This document shows, one piece after another, positions 38,423 to 48,137 of a stretch of DNA of 64,000 nt; position 1 is the stretch's first letter; the number at the start of each line of letters is the position of its first letter. This stretch comes from an uncultured Ectothiorhodospiraceae bacterium (lineage in GTDB: Bacteria; Pseudomonadota; Gammaproteobacteria; UBA6429; Thiohalophilaceae). The notes under the pieces are model-generated. The model saw only the letters and a program-made list of their open reading frames with translations, made no database searches and was not told the DNA's origin. The stretch is from positions 1-64,000 of the forward strand of contig CAMYMU010000037.1 of assembly GCA_947259575.1 (NCBI GenBank). Reading direction: 5' to 3'. Both the position numbers and the translations under genes were made by a program.

Positions 38423-39208
38423 ATGAAACAATTACAAAAAATAGCGAACGTGGGTCTACAAAGATTTGCTCTGATATTGGTTTCTGGAATCATAGTTTCC
38501 GAAATCATAGTTTCTGGGGCAGTACATGCAGAAAATAACGCGATACAACAATTTAGCAGTGGTCCTGAGAAAACAACACTCATCGAGCTTTATACCTCGC
38601 AAGGTTGTAGTAGCTGCCCACCGGCCGAAAAATATCTGAATAGCTTGAAGCAACACTCCCAACTCTGGAAAAAATATATTCCCCTTGCTTTACATGTAGA
38701 TTACTGGGACTACATTGGCTGGAAAGATCGCTTTGCCTCACCAGAGAACACATTACGCCAGCGGCAATACGCGCAAGTAAACGCACAACGTTCCATCTAT
38801 ACACCAGGCTTTTTCGTAAACGGTAAACCCTGGCGACGTAATTTTTATAATCGCCACCCGGATACGCAGCATGGAAAAAGTGGTGTGTTGAAGATTAATT
38901 TGCAGGGCAAAAAGCTGCAGGCTAGTTTTAATCCGGTATCCGTTTTTAACGCACCTCTCGTTCTTAATATTGCCATTGCCGGGATGGGGTTTAAGACAGA
39001 CATTGAAGCAGGTGAACGTGAGGGTAGCCATACCATGCATGACTTTATCCTGTTAAATCGAACCCAACACAAAAGCACGGACCTGAACTGGCGTGTACAG
39101 TTACCCAGGATCGATAAAAAAGGGGCAAGCCAACTGGCCCTAATTGCCTGGGTGAGTCAGCAAGGTGATCCGCGACCTCTGCAGACTCTGGGCGGGTACA
39201 TTAATTAG
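38423..39208 (+). CDS. Secreted DUF1223-family thioredoxin-like protein, ~261 aa.
   Basis: Signal peptide, then ELYTSQGCSSCPPAE (CxxC) typical of DUF1223. Confidence 0.55.
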   Translation: MKQLQKIANVGLQRFALILVSGIIVSEIIVSGAVHAENNAIQQFSSGPEKTTLIELYTSQGCSSCPPAEKYLNSLKQHSQLWKKYIPLALHVDYWDYIGWKDRFASPENTLRQRQYAQVNAQRSIYTPGFFVNGKPWRRNFYNRHPDTQHGKSGVLKINLQGKKLQASFNPVSVFNAPLVLNIAIAGMGFKTDIEAGEREGSHTMHDFILLNRTQHKSTDLNWRVQLPRIDKKGASQLALIAWVSQQGDPRPLQTLGGYIN

Positions 39209-39739
39209 TTAAGCTTTTTTACCGAGAAAGCCGGTGACCTTGGAGCCGAGCTTTAATAACTTGATCAAGGTTGGTTTCGGAACTTTACGCATTTGCTCAT
39301 ACCAGCTGGATATGGTTTCCATAAAATCCAGCACGTCGGTGATGCGTTGTTTGATTTCTTCAGGTGTTTCTTTATCGTGTTCGCCTTCAAGTTGACAGGC
39401 ACGTAACATAGTGAGCGTCGGGTCAATTTCTCGACGCTTTCGTTCTTCAATGATGGTGTTGAAGGTTTCCCATAGATCTTTTTGTGACTCAAAGTGATCT
39501 CGACGATCTCCCATGACATGGGAGACGGTGATCAGCCCCCAGCTTTGTAGCTCTTTGAGGCTGGTGCTGACATTTGATCGTGCCACGCTCAGGGTCTCGG
39601 CAATCTCTTCCGCATGCAGTGGCTCAGGCGATAAATACAACAAGGCGTGGATTTGCGCCACAGTTCGATTCACTCCCCAGCGGGTTCCCATTTCACCCCA
39701 GTGAAGAATGTACTTTTGCATTATCGGTGTCAGTTTCAT
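39209..39739 (-). CDS. GbsR/MarR-family transcriptional regulator, 176 aa.
   Basis: N-terminal pattern GEMGTRWGVNRTVAQIHALLYLSPEPLHAEEIAETLSVARSNVSTSLKEL characteristic of GbsR-type regulators. Confidence 0.65.
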   Translation of the reverse strand: MKLTPIMQKYILHWGEMGTRWGVNRTVAQIHALLYLSPEPLHAEEIAETLSVARSNVSTSLKELQSWGLITVSHVMGDRRDHFESQKDLWETFNTIIEERKRREIDPTLTMLRACQLEGEHDKETPEEIKQRITDVLDFMETISSWYEQMRKVPKPTLIKLLKLGSKVTGFLGKKA

Positions 39740-39951
39740 AGTTAATCACTTTTTTCTGTTCATACTGAAATTAGTGAATATATAGTTAGTTGTCAACATG
39801 TTCTGACTGTTGTGTGGTCCAATGGCCCAGCAGAAAAATTGCCAAATTAGTGGTTAAATACCCTTGGCCTCATTTCTTATTGGTGCTGAACTTGTTAAAA
39901 TGTGACTCAGTTCAAAATATCTATTTTCTTCGAAAAAACAGTTTATTTTCT

Positions 39952-40146
39952 ATGCTGAAACCGCCTCTACAGTCGATCGTCGATGAGCTTTGTAACCATG
40001 GCTGCCGCCAGGTCAATAACTCAATTAATCAAATAGAGGCAGGCAAGCTACCGCCAGCGATGATGAAGCTGTCAGCAAAAGATCAGCAGGCGGTGTTGGG
40101 CGAGCTGAAGTCGATCATGTCTGTTTATGATCGGTGTGGTAATTAA
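39952..40146 (+). CDS. Hypothetical small Cys-containing protein, ~64 aa, within the longer 39790 ORF.
   Basis: Complex composition (MLKPPLQSIVDELCNHGCRQV...VYDRCGN). The upstream extension of the ORF is judged non-coding. Confidence 0.3.
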   Translation: MLKPPLQSIVDELCNHGCRQVNNSINQIEAGKLPPAMMKLSAKDQQAVLGELKSIMSVYDRCGN

Positions 40147-40943
40147 AGAAAGTCGGCCCAGTTTTCCTGGGTATCTCCAAAAACAAAAAAGTGTGGATTC
40201 AACAAGCTCTCTTTGGTGTTGTAAGCGAGGGTTTGCATATTGGTGTCAGTGAGAAAGCCACCGGCTTCCTCGACTATGCAATGCGCAGCACCCGTATCCC
40301 ATTCCGAGGTTGGTCCAAGTCGTGCGTAAATATCGGCTTTGCCCTCAGCGACGAGGCAAGACTTCAGTGAGCTACCCATACTTAGCAATTCATAATCAGG
40401 CAGGTTAGCAAGGAAACGTTTAAGCTCTTCGCTTTGATGCGATCGGCTGCCGGCAACAATGATTTTATCGCGGTGCTTTTTTGCGACCTCGATGCGTTCG
40501 GGCTCTTTTTCCGGTTCCTGCTTGAAAGCGCCTAGTCCCTTGGCGGCGTAATAACTAACACCCAGTACAGGCGCGTAGATGACACCGAGGATGGGTTGGT
40601 GGTTGTCGATCAGTGCGATGTTTACGGTGAATTCACCATTACGTTTAATAAACTCGCGGGTACCGTCCAGTGGGTCGACCAACCAGTAGGTTTCCCAACG
40701 TGCGCGGTCTTCAAATGGGATAGAAGTGGATTCCTCTGAGAGTACCGGATATTCGGCGGCAATTTCTTCAAGTCCATCATCAATGATGGCATGCGCAGCC
40801 ATATCTGCCTCGGTGACCGGGGTTTCATCGACTTTTTTCAGGATAGAGAAATCCTGTGTATATATAGTCATGATCCGTTCACCAGCTTGTATAGCTAGTT
40901 GTACGATAGCAGGTAGTAACTTTTCCAGATCAAGTTGAGGCAT
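40143..40943 (-). CDS. cysQ: 3'(2'),5'-bisphosphate nucleotidase CysQ, 266 aa.
   Basis: Inositol-monophosphatase family motifs WLVDPLDGTREF and DTGAAHCI. Confidence 0.8.
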   Translation of the reverse strand: MPQLDLEKLLPAIVQLAIQAGERIMTIYTQDFSILKKVDETPVTEADMAAHAIIDDGLEEIAAEYPVLSEESTSIPFEDRARWETYWLVDPLDGTREFIKRNGEFTVNIALIDNHQPILGVIYAPVLGVSYYAAKGLGAFKQEPEKEPERIEVAKKHRDKIIVAGSRSHQSEELKRFLANLPDYELLSMGSSLKSCLVAEGKADIYARLGPTSEWDTGAAHCIVEEAGGFLTDTNMQTLAYNTKESLLNPHFFVFGDTQENWADFL

Positions 40944-41034
40944 GGTTTTGGGCGATGCAGATTTCTACGACAATCACTAAATCTGATTGTGCCAGCTTCG
41001 AGCCTCGATTGCTACGTTACTACTCTGTTTGGCA

Positions 41035-41739
41035 TTAGAGCTTTTTGGTCCGGAAGTGGAATTCTGTGTGCAACCGACCTTCAAACACGGTATTTATCTT
41101 GATTTCACCGGTGCCTTGTTTTACTTCAAATCCTTTCTGGCTTTCAGGTGTGAAACTGGTGAGTTCCAGGTCAGTTTGAGCATAATTTAGCTCGAACGAG
41201 ACATGTAGTGGGAAATAGCCGTCCAGGAAACGGCGCATGAAAGGGCCATTTCGTAAACTATAGGTGCCATTATCAAGTAGTTTTAACGAATGTGTATTTG
41301 CCTGAATACATAGCTTGGCGTTCTCTTTGACATTTTCAAATTGAACCGTGGCGCCCTCAACCCAGGCTTTCTCAATATTTTCCGAGGAAATGATTTTGAT
41401 ATTTCTCACCCGGTTTTTCTTAAAAACGATTTGTGCGGCGGCGACTTTATCAATGTTGGAATGGCATTGTTCGATCAGGATCCAGCCATCACTTAGACTT
41501 GCGGGCAAAATAGTAACCGCATTGTGATGGTGGTGCAGGTTTTTGTCCGGTGCGGTACTAATGAAAACAAGGTTACCTTCGTTGACATCTCTGGCATCTT
41601 TATATCTTGGTGGTTCCAGGGTATTGCTGTTAAACCAGCGCTCTAGTTCTTCTGGTGATATCTCATTTGCAATAGCGGTAGTGGTGATAGCCCCAATGAA
41701 AAGAAACATGAAAGAAATCGTCAGATTTTTTACTGTCAT
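41035..41739 (-). CDS. Secreted hypothetical protein, 234 aa.
   Basis: Signal peptide MTVKNLTISFMFLFIGAITTTAIA. His4 run. No motif recognised. Confidence 0.5.
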   Translation of the reverse strand: MTVKNLTISFMFLFIGAITTTAIANEISPEELERWFNSNTLEPPRYKDARDVNEGNLVFISTAPDKNLHHHHNAVTILPASLSDGWILIEQCHSNIDKVAAAQIVFKKNRVRNIKIISSENIEKAWVEGATVQFENVKENAKLCIQANTHSLKLLDNGTYSLRNGPFMRRFLDGYFPLHVSFELNYAQTDLELTSFTPESQKGFEVKQGTGEIKINTVFEGRLHTEFHFRTKKL

Positions 41740-41921
41740 GATGGCACCTCATTCATTCTGATTATTTATTATCTCTGCTTTAGTTATAAGAGATAGCATA
41801 GACTATGCCAGTTCGCAGCCAAGGCTTTGCATGGGCTTAACAGGCTGAATGCATTGCTCTCGTGTTATCATGTGCTCCCATTGATAACTCACTAACAGCA
41901 TTGCAGCTAACTTATTGAATT

Positions 41922-42575
41922 ATGGTAAATTGGCAACAAATAGATAGCGTCTTACTGGACATGGATGGCACCTTGTTAGACTTGTATTTTGATAACTATT
42001 TTTGGCGAGAACACGTGCCTCAGCGTTATGCCGAGAAGCATAATTTAAGCATAGATGATGCAAAACGCACTCTTTTCCCAAAATTTCGCAATAAAGAAGG
42101 TACCATGGACTGGTACTGTGTGGATTACTGGTCAGAGACTCTCGAGCTGGATATTGCCCAGCTCAAAGCTGAAGTTGATCACCTGATTGCCATTCACCCC
42201 TATGTTATTGAGTTTTTGGATAAATTACACGGGATGAACAAACAAGTCGCACTGGTGACTAATGCGCACCAGAAAAGTCTGATGCTAAAAATGGATCGCA
42301 CGGCATTGCATAATCACATTGAAACTATCATTTGTGCGCATGACTTTGGGATGCCAAAAGAGAACCCGGATTTCTGGGGAAAACTTCAGACACGGTTACC
42401 CTTTGAAAAGCAGCGTACCTTATTAATAGATGATAGCTTGTCGGTGTTGCGTTCAGCAAAAGACTATGGGATTGCCAAGCTACTCGCCGTATATCATCCT
42501 GATAGTAAGGACTCACGACGTAACGTAGAAGAGTTCGAAGCGATTGAGGACTTTGATCAAATTATGCCGAAATAA
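41922..42575 (+). CDS. yrfG: HAD-family GMP/IMP nucleotidase (YrfG-like), 217 aa.
   Basis: Motif I LLDMDGTLLDL. Collinear with E. coli YrfG (WQDVDTVLLDMDGTLLDLAFDNYFW, LVTNAH, LIDDS). Confidence 0.75.
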   Translation: MVNWQQIDSVLLDMDGTLLDLYFDNYFWREHVPQRYAEKHNLSIDDAKRTLFPKFRNKEGTMDWYCVDYWSETLELDIAQLKAEVDHLIAIHPYVIEFLDKLHGMNKQVALVTNAHQKSLMLKMDRTALHNHIETIICAHDFGMPKENPDFWGKLQTRLPFEKQRTLLIDDSLSVLRSAKDYGIAKLLAVYHPDSKDSRRNVEEFEAIEDFDQIMPK

Positions 42576-42627
42576 AAATAACAGCGAGAATAAAGGTGGT
42601 AGCTACGCTGGATGTCACGTTGGAGTG

Positions 42628-43047
42628 TCATTCAGCGGTAAAACGAGTATCCCAACGCTTAAAACGTTTCTGACAATATTTAAGAAGTGAGTCATAACCA
42701 TCAAAGAAGAGTTCAAAGCCTTCCTCTGCTGGTGCATCGTATTCGCAGTAATCGTTGGTGTAGTCACGACACATCTGTGGTCGGGTTTCATAAATACCAC
42801 AGCGTCCATCGTCTTGAAGAAACTGACATTTAGTATAGACAAGTAGAAACCAGCCATCTTCATCTTTGTAAGCCTGGTTGTTTTTATGTGCTAATTGCCA
42901 TAACAGAGTATCGAATTCATCCATAGATCGGGGTGTATCGATTTCCTGGGTTATGTAATTACAACACTTAGACCCTTCACACAGGTCACATTTGTTGTCA
43001 GAATTTACTTCAACTTCGATAGATGGGGTATTTAGTTCGTCGGTCAT
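42628..43047 (-). CDS. YkgJ-family (UPF0153) cysteine-cluster protein, 139 aa.
   Basis: CDLCEGSKCC...C...C cluster typical of the YkgJ/FliB-like zinc/iron chelating domain. Confidence 0.7.
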   Translation of the reverse strand: MTDELNTPSIEVEVNSDNKCDLCEGSKCCNYITQEIDTPRSMDEFDTLLWQLAHKNNQAYKDEDGWFLLVYTKCQFLQDDGRCGIYETRPQMCRDYTNDYCEYDAPAEEGFELFFDGYDSLLKYCQKRFKRWDTRFTAE

Positions 43048-43112
43048 GCTTTCGCCCGCAATTTAAGGACACTGTATGGTTAAGAGATGCGCGTAGATTA
43101 TCAGGAAAAGGT

Positions 43113-45176
43113 ATGAAAATAAACTTTAAAGAAGTCAAGGAAAGCCCGGAGTACATGTCAGCCATTATTCGCTATGGCTTTGCGATATTGTCGTCCGTGT
43201 TCCTTGGAGTGGCAATGAAGACGGGTTATTACGAACCGGTCTGGGATTTTTATATTATTTTTTTACTGTCGTTCTTTCTCTATGCGACGATCATTTTTGT
43301 TAGCGTGTTACTGGTACCGCGTGTCTCATATCGCCCGTATATAACAATACCCTTTGATGTTGCTGCGATCAGTATCTCCATGCTGTTTACCGATGATGGG
43401 CCGTTTAGCCCATTTTTTCTTTTTTATGCCTGGTATTTTGTCAGTTATGCACTGCGTTATGGACGTGGCCCGCTCATCGCATCAACTTTCTTCAGTATTA
43501 CAGCCTTCATTATCGTCTTGACCATAACTGATGGTTGGTATTCACATGTCTATGACGTAGTCATGTATCTGGTCTTTTTAGTAGTGATGCCTGTCTATCT
43601 TGACGCAATGCTAAGGCGTATTAATCGTGCGCGTGATGATGCAAACAAGGCGAATCTGGCCAAGAGTGAATTTTTGGCTGCAATGAGTCACGAAATACGT
43701 ACGCCGATGAGTGGCATCGTAGGTGTGACCAGTCTACTCGAACAGACTGAATTGGATAATAATCAGCGTGAATATGTTTCTGCATTGCAAGAATCTTCAG
43801 TTGCTCTAAATGCTTTAATAGATGATGTGCTTGATTTGTCCAAGATCGAGGCTGACAAATATACCTTGGAAGAAGATCGATTTGATCTAGCCAAGACACT
43901 ATTTGGTGTTGCACAGATGTTCACTGCCAGTGCGAATGCCAAAGGACTTGAACTTTTTCTTAATTATTCGCCAGACTTACCTGAATATGTACATGGTGAT
44001 GGTAAACGTCTACGCCAGATAGTTCTTAACCTGGTGAGTAATGCGGTGAAGTTTACTGAGCGTGGTGAAGTGGTTGTCAATGCCTTCGCTGTAGAGACGG
44101 ACAGCGCGACACGTAAAATGACTATACGTATCGAAGTTGTTGATACTGGGCCAGGTTTGAGCGAGGAAGAAATAAAGCAGATCTTTGAGCCTTTTTATCA
44201 GGCGACGAATAAAAAGCGTTATAAGCAGGAACAGTCCGGAACCGGATTGGGTACGACGATTTCATCAAACCTGGTTAGGTTAATGAATGGAAAAATCGGC
44301 GTAGATAGTGAACGCAATAAAGGCTCCTGCTTCTGGCTGGAAATTCCATGGCAGTATGAAGCAAAAGCAGAGCCTGTCGTGATACCCGAAGACAGGCCAC
44401 TTATTATTTATGAGTCAAACTCTACATCGGCAAAGATCCTGGAGAGCTATTGTGTTGGGATTGATTGGCCGTACACAATTACCAGTGAACAAACCGCGTT
44501 GTTCAATTTTATTCAACAGAACCTTGATAGTGGTCAACAGCCAATTGTTTTATTGAGTGAACTGAGTTGTGGCGAGCAGTGTACCCAGTTGGCAAAACAA
44601 CTAAAAGAAATGAGTTCAGAACTCAAACTGTGTAAGCTTCTACACCTTTCACAGCTGCATACTATTGACGACAAACAAAAGGCGTACTTTGATCATTTCT
44701 TACCACTACCAATTACACCACGCAGGCTATGTAAGGCGTTACTCAGTTGTATAGGGCTTAGTGAAAAAATTGAAATTGAGGCAAAGGAACTTGGTACGAC
44801 AACGATTTCCCGTTTTTTGCATGTGTTGGTTGCAGAAGATAGTCCTATCAATGCCAAAGTCATCACAACATTCCTGGAACAGGACGGACACCGAGTGACA
44901 CATGTTGAAAATGGCCAGTTGGCTGTTGATGCACTGCAGTCAGGCCAGTTTGATCTTGTCTTTATGGATATGCGTATGCCCGAGATGGATGGACTGGAGG
45001 CAACCCGTACCTGGCGTGAAAATGAAAAAGATGATCAGCACGTGCCAATTATTGCCTTAACTGCTAATGCAACCCCGGAGGATAAAACGAATTGCATGTC
45101 AGCAGGCATGGATAACTTTTTGAGTAAGCCTGTGAATAAGGAGCAACTCAGGGAAATTATTCGTGGTATCGGCTAG
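43113..45176 (+). CDS. Hybrid sensor histidine kinase/response regulator with an N-terminal ~5-TM membrane sensor, ~687 aa. ATG 43113 chosen; the ORF-track start at 43023 would overlap the divergent YkgJ gene.
   Basis: H-box AMSHEIRTPMSG. HATPase (GTGLG). C-terminal receiver (LVAEDSPIN...LVFMDMRMPEMDG...KP). RBS AGGAAAAGG. Confidence 0.85.
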   Translation: MKINFKEVKESPEYMSAIIRYGFAILSSVFLGVAMKTGYYEPVWDFYIIFLLSFFLYATIIFVSVLLVPRVSYRPYITIPFDVAAISISMLFTDDGPFSPFFLFYAWYFVSYALRYGRGPLIASTFFSITAFIIVLTITDGWYSHVYDVVMYLVFLVVMPVYLDAMLRRINRARDDANKANLAKSEFLAAMSHEIRTPMSGIVGVTSLLEQTELDNNQREYVSALQESSVALNALIDDVLDLSKIEADKYTLEEDRFDLAKTLFGVAQMFTASANAKGLELFLNYSPDLPEYVHGDGKRLRQIVLNLVSNAVKFTERGEVVVNAFAVETDSATRKMTIRIEVVDTGPGLSEEEIKQIFEPFYQATNKKRYKQEQSGTGLGTTISSNLVRLMNGKIGVDSERNKGSCFWLEIPWQYEAKAEPVVIPEDRPLIIYESNSTSAKILESYCVGIDWPYTITSEQTALFNFIQQNLDSGQQPIVLLSELSCGEQCTQLAKQLKEMSSELKLCKLLHLSQLHTIDDKQKAYFDHFLPLPITPRRLCKALLSCIGLSEKIEIEAKELGTTTISRFLHVLVAEDSPINAKVITTFLEQDGHRVTHVENGQLAVDALQSGQFDLVFMDMRMPEMDGLEATRTWRENEKDDQHVPIIALTANATPEDKTNCMSAGMDNFLSKPVNKEQLREIIRGIG

Positions 45177-45230
45177 GATGGTATCGTCTAAGCTGACATA
45201 GACCAAAGAATGCATACAAGAGAAAATAGT

Positions 45231-45668
45231 TTAGACCTGCAACCAGAAGGTGACAGGCCCATCATTTAATAAACTAACTTTCATGTTAGCGCCAAATTGA
45301 CCTGTAGCGACGGTTTTGTATTTCTGCCTGGTTGTTGCCACTATATAGTCAAAGAGTTGTTGGCCCATCTCAGGTGGGGCTGCGGAGGAAAAACTGGGGC
45401 GACAGCCTTTGCGGGTATCCGCGGCCAGCGTAAACTGAGGAACCAGTAAGACACCACCGGCAATGTCTTTAACGCTTAAGTTCATTTTATCCTGTTCATC
45501 GGAAAAAACACGATAAGATAAATAGCGTTCGCAAAGACGAGTTGCTTTATCTTCATTGTCATCTTTCTCGACACCGATGAAAAGTAAAATACCCTTATCG
45601 ATTTCACCAATGATACTATTCTCAACTTCAACACTAGCGTGTTGAACGCGTTGCAGTAATGCGATCAT
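45231..45668 (-). CDS. dtd: D-aminoacyl-tRNA deacylase, 145 aa.
   Basis: MIALLQRV...SVEV start. SQFTL-type motif ([13 protein letters not shown]). C-terminal NDGPVT. Confidence 0.85.
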   Translation of the reverse strand: MIALLQRVQHASVEVENSIIGEIDKGILLFIGVEKDDNEDKATRLCERYLSYRVFSDEQDKMNLSVKDIAGGVLLVPQFTLAADTRKGCRPSFSSAAPPEMGQQLFDYIVATTRQKYKTVATGQFGANMKVSLLNDGPVTFWLQV

Positions 45669-46627
45669 TTACGGTCTTTTTCAATCGTATGTGCAAGGTC
45701 ATCACAAGTTTTAACAAGCTCAGAGACAATACCAGGTTCCGATGCAGCATGGCCTGCATCAGGAATTATTTTTAGTATTGAATTAGGCCAGGCCTGATGA
45801 AGTTCCCAGGCACTCTCCATCGGACAGATCATATCGTAACGTCCTTGAATAATGGTACCAGGAATGTCGGTAAGCCTGTTTGTATTTTCCAATATCTGAT
45901 TCGGTTTTAAAAATGAATCATGTTTGAAATAATGGCATTCGATGCGAGCCAGACTCAAAGCCGTGTGTGCATCACCAAAATGATCAACGATTCGTTGGCT
46001 ACTGGTCAGGCTTGCTGTTCGGCCTTCCCATAGTGACCAGGCCTTAGCCGCCTGCATTCTGGTAAATTCATCATTGCTGGTCAGACGCTTATAATAAGCA
46101 TCTACCATATCACTGCGTTCATCTTCAGGTATAGGCGCGAGATATTTTTCCCATATGTCAGGAAATATACGACTTGCGCCTTCTTGATAAAACCAGTCTA
46201 TCTCTTTTTGCCGACATAAAAATATGCCACGCAAAATTAGATGGAAGACATGTTCAGGGTGTGTTTGTGCATAGACTAAAGCAAGAGTCGAACCCCATGA
46301 GCCACCAAAAACAAGCCAGCGCTCTATTCTCAGGTGTTCGCGAATAGTTTCGATATCCGCGACCAGATCCTGGGTGGTGTTGTTCTCTAGTTCAGCATGT
46401 GGGGTGGAACGCCCGGCACCACGCTGATCAAACAGGATGATGCGATATTTTTCAGGATTAAAAAACTGGCGATGGTAGTTCTCACATCCTGAACCTGGAC
46501 CACCATGTAAAAAGATCACGGGAATACCATCTGGCTTGCCACATTCCTCCACATAAAGTTTATGTGGAGGTGTGACATCAAGTTCTAACTGGTTATACGG
46601 TTTTATTGATGGGTAGAGGACGTGCAC
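45665..46627 (-). CDS. pip: Proline iminopeptidase (alpha/beta hydrolase), 320 aa; 4-bp overlap with dtd.
   Basis: HGGPGSG oxyanion motif, nucleophile elbow [10 protein letters not shown], catalytic His near the C-terminus. Confidence 0.8.
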   Translation of the reverse strand: MHVLYPSIKPYNQLELDVTPPHKLYVEECGKPDGIPVIFLHGGPGSGCENYHRQFFNPEKYRIILFDQRGAGRSTPHAELENNTTQDLVADIETIREHLRIERWLVFGGSWGSTLALVYAQTHPEHVFHLILRGIFLCRQKEIDWFYQEGASRIFPDIWEKYLAPIPEDERSDMVDAYYKRLTSNDEFTRMQAAKAWSLWEGRTASLTSSQRIVDHFGDAHTALSLARIECHYFKHDSFLKPNQILENTNRLTDIPGTIIQGRYDMICPMESAWELHQAWPNSILKIIPDAGHAASEPGIVSELVKTCDDLAHTIEKDRK

Positions 46628-46633
46628 GTTGTT

Positions 46634-47185
46634 TTAGTCGTCTTTAACAACTTCACTGCGGAAATCCATTATCGCTGCAATTCCGATTAGCAATAGCGAA
46701 GCCAAGACTAACCAGGGGCCTACTTGTAAGGGAGTAAAAGCCCAACTCTGACCAAATGCAGCCAGGTACAACATTCCAGAATGCAGGACTGCCCCTGCGA
46801 TAAACAAATAACTAATCACTTGCTTAAACGCTTTTGCTACACCAATGAAGCAAAGTGCAAGACCGGCAAGTATATTCAGGACTGCTTCAAGGTTACCGTG
46901 AGCATGCACGCTACGCATAAAACCCTGCGGGTTTTGAAGATTCATAATATTATTGATTGCCAGAATGCCATCGAGGTTTGCTTTCGCAATCGTATCAGCG
47001 TTAACTGGTTCCAGTTCTTCTTCGTAGTCATTGGTTTTCAGATCTTGTAGACGTTGAACAGGTGGTTGTTTATCTATATAGGCTTGTTCTATATCGCCAA
47101 CAGTGCTTACGAGCATATAAGGACCGAGTGCGGCGGTCGCAACAAGGTATAGGAATCCAAAAACAATATTCTTTTTCCCAATCAT
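46634..47185 (-). CDS. Hypothetical inner-membrane protein, 183 aa.
   Basis: Four predicted TM helices. No motif recognised. Confidence 0.45.
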   Translation of the reverse strand: MIGKKNIVFGFLYLVATAALGPYMLVSTVGDIEQAYIDKQPPVQRLQDLKTNDYEEELEPVNADTIAKANLDGILAINNIMNLQNPQGFMRSVHAHGNLEAVLNILAGLALCFIGVAKAFKQVISYLFIAGAVLHSGMLYLAAFGQSWAFTPLQVGPWLVLASLLLIGIAAIMDFRSEVVKDD

Positions 47186-47240
47186 AAGATCCTCCTTACG
47201 TTGAAAATATTTTTATAGTGATAGATAGAAGAGAGTAAAT

Positions 47241-47996
47241 CTATGTTTGTTCTTGCTCTTCTACATCGACTTGTTCCAGTCGATAACCTTGATGATAAAT
47301 TGCGCTGAGTTTCCAGCCATGCTCAGGAACTAATTCTAGCTTTTTGCGAATCCGGCTGATGTGGGTATCGACGGTACGGGTTGTGAATTCTGAACCATGA
47401 CCCCAGACCGAAGATAGTATGTGTCCGCGTGAAAGGAGACGACCAATGTTTCTAAACATAAATGAAACTAGCTCGAATTCTTTCTGCGTTAGCTTCACAG
47501 GCTTGTCATCTTTATAAAGAGTATGTGAGCTTAAATTAATTTTATAAGGCGGTGTTTCGATAATTTCTTTTTGTGCACTGCCACCCTGGCTCCGTCGAGT
47601 AACGGCCGCGATGCGGGCGAGCAATTCTTTCTGTCTGAGTGGTTTGGTAATGTAGTCGTCAGCGCCCTGATTAAGGATTTTGGCAATATCCTCTTCGCTA
47701 TCGCGCTGGGTGACGAAGATTACAGGGGTGTCGTGTTCAGATTGTTCGCTTAGCCAACTCAGGACTTGTTCGCCATCGAAGTCAGGCATCACCCAGTCGA
47801 GTATATAGAGGTCAAAACTTTCTTTACGTAACGCGTTTGTGAAATCCCTACCATTGGCGAAGTGAACAACATCGTACTGCTGTTCCTCCATCCATAGCTT
47901 CATTGCCTGGGCCAGGTGGACATCATCATCGACTAAGGCAATTCGCAATTCACTCTCCCTTATTATTTGAAATAGCTCAATAGTGTTAAAGTTCAA
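47241..47996 (-). CDS. OmpR/PhoB-family response regulator, 251 aa from TTG 47996; alternative TTG at 47948 with a strong RBS.
   Basis: Receiver (LVDDD, ILDWVMPDFDG, VIFVT, ITKP) plus winged helix (TRTVDTHISRIRKKL). AGGGAGAG lies 4 nt before the TTG at 47948. Confidence 0.75.
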   Translation of the reverse strand: MNFNTIELFQIIRESELRIALVDDDVHLAQAMKLWMEEQQYDVVHFANGRDFTNALRKESFDLYILDWVMPDFDGEQVLSWLSEQSEHDTPVIFVTQRDSEEDIAKILNQGADDYITKPLRQKELLARIAAVTRRSQGGSAQKEIIETPPYKINLSSHTLYKDDKPVKLTQKEFELVSFMFRNIGRLLSRGHILSSVWGHGSEFTTRTVDTHISRIRKKLELVPEHGWKLSAIYHQGYRLEQVDVEEQEQT

Positions 47997-48137
47997 GAGC
48001 TTAGGTATATAAGCGGATATTGTGACACAGGCTGTTTCAATGTGCCATTTCTATGAAGAGACAAAGTCAAACGACAAGGTCACATATCCCTCATTTGTAG
48101 TGCGGTCAAAAACCTCTACAAAATCGCAACTGATTGT

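Noticed and set aside
43023-43112. Upstream extension of the hybrid kinase ORF.
   Set aside because: It overlaps the divergent YkgJ gene start. ATG 43113 has an RBS and yields a TM-first product.
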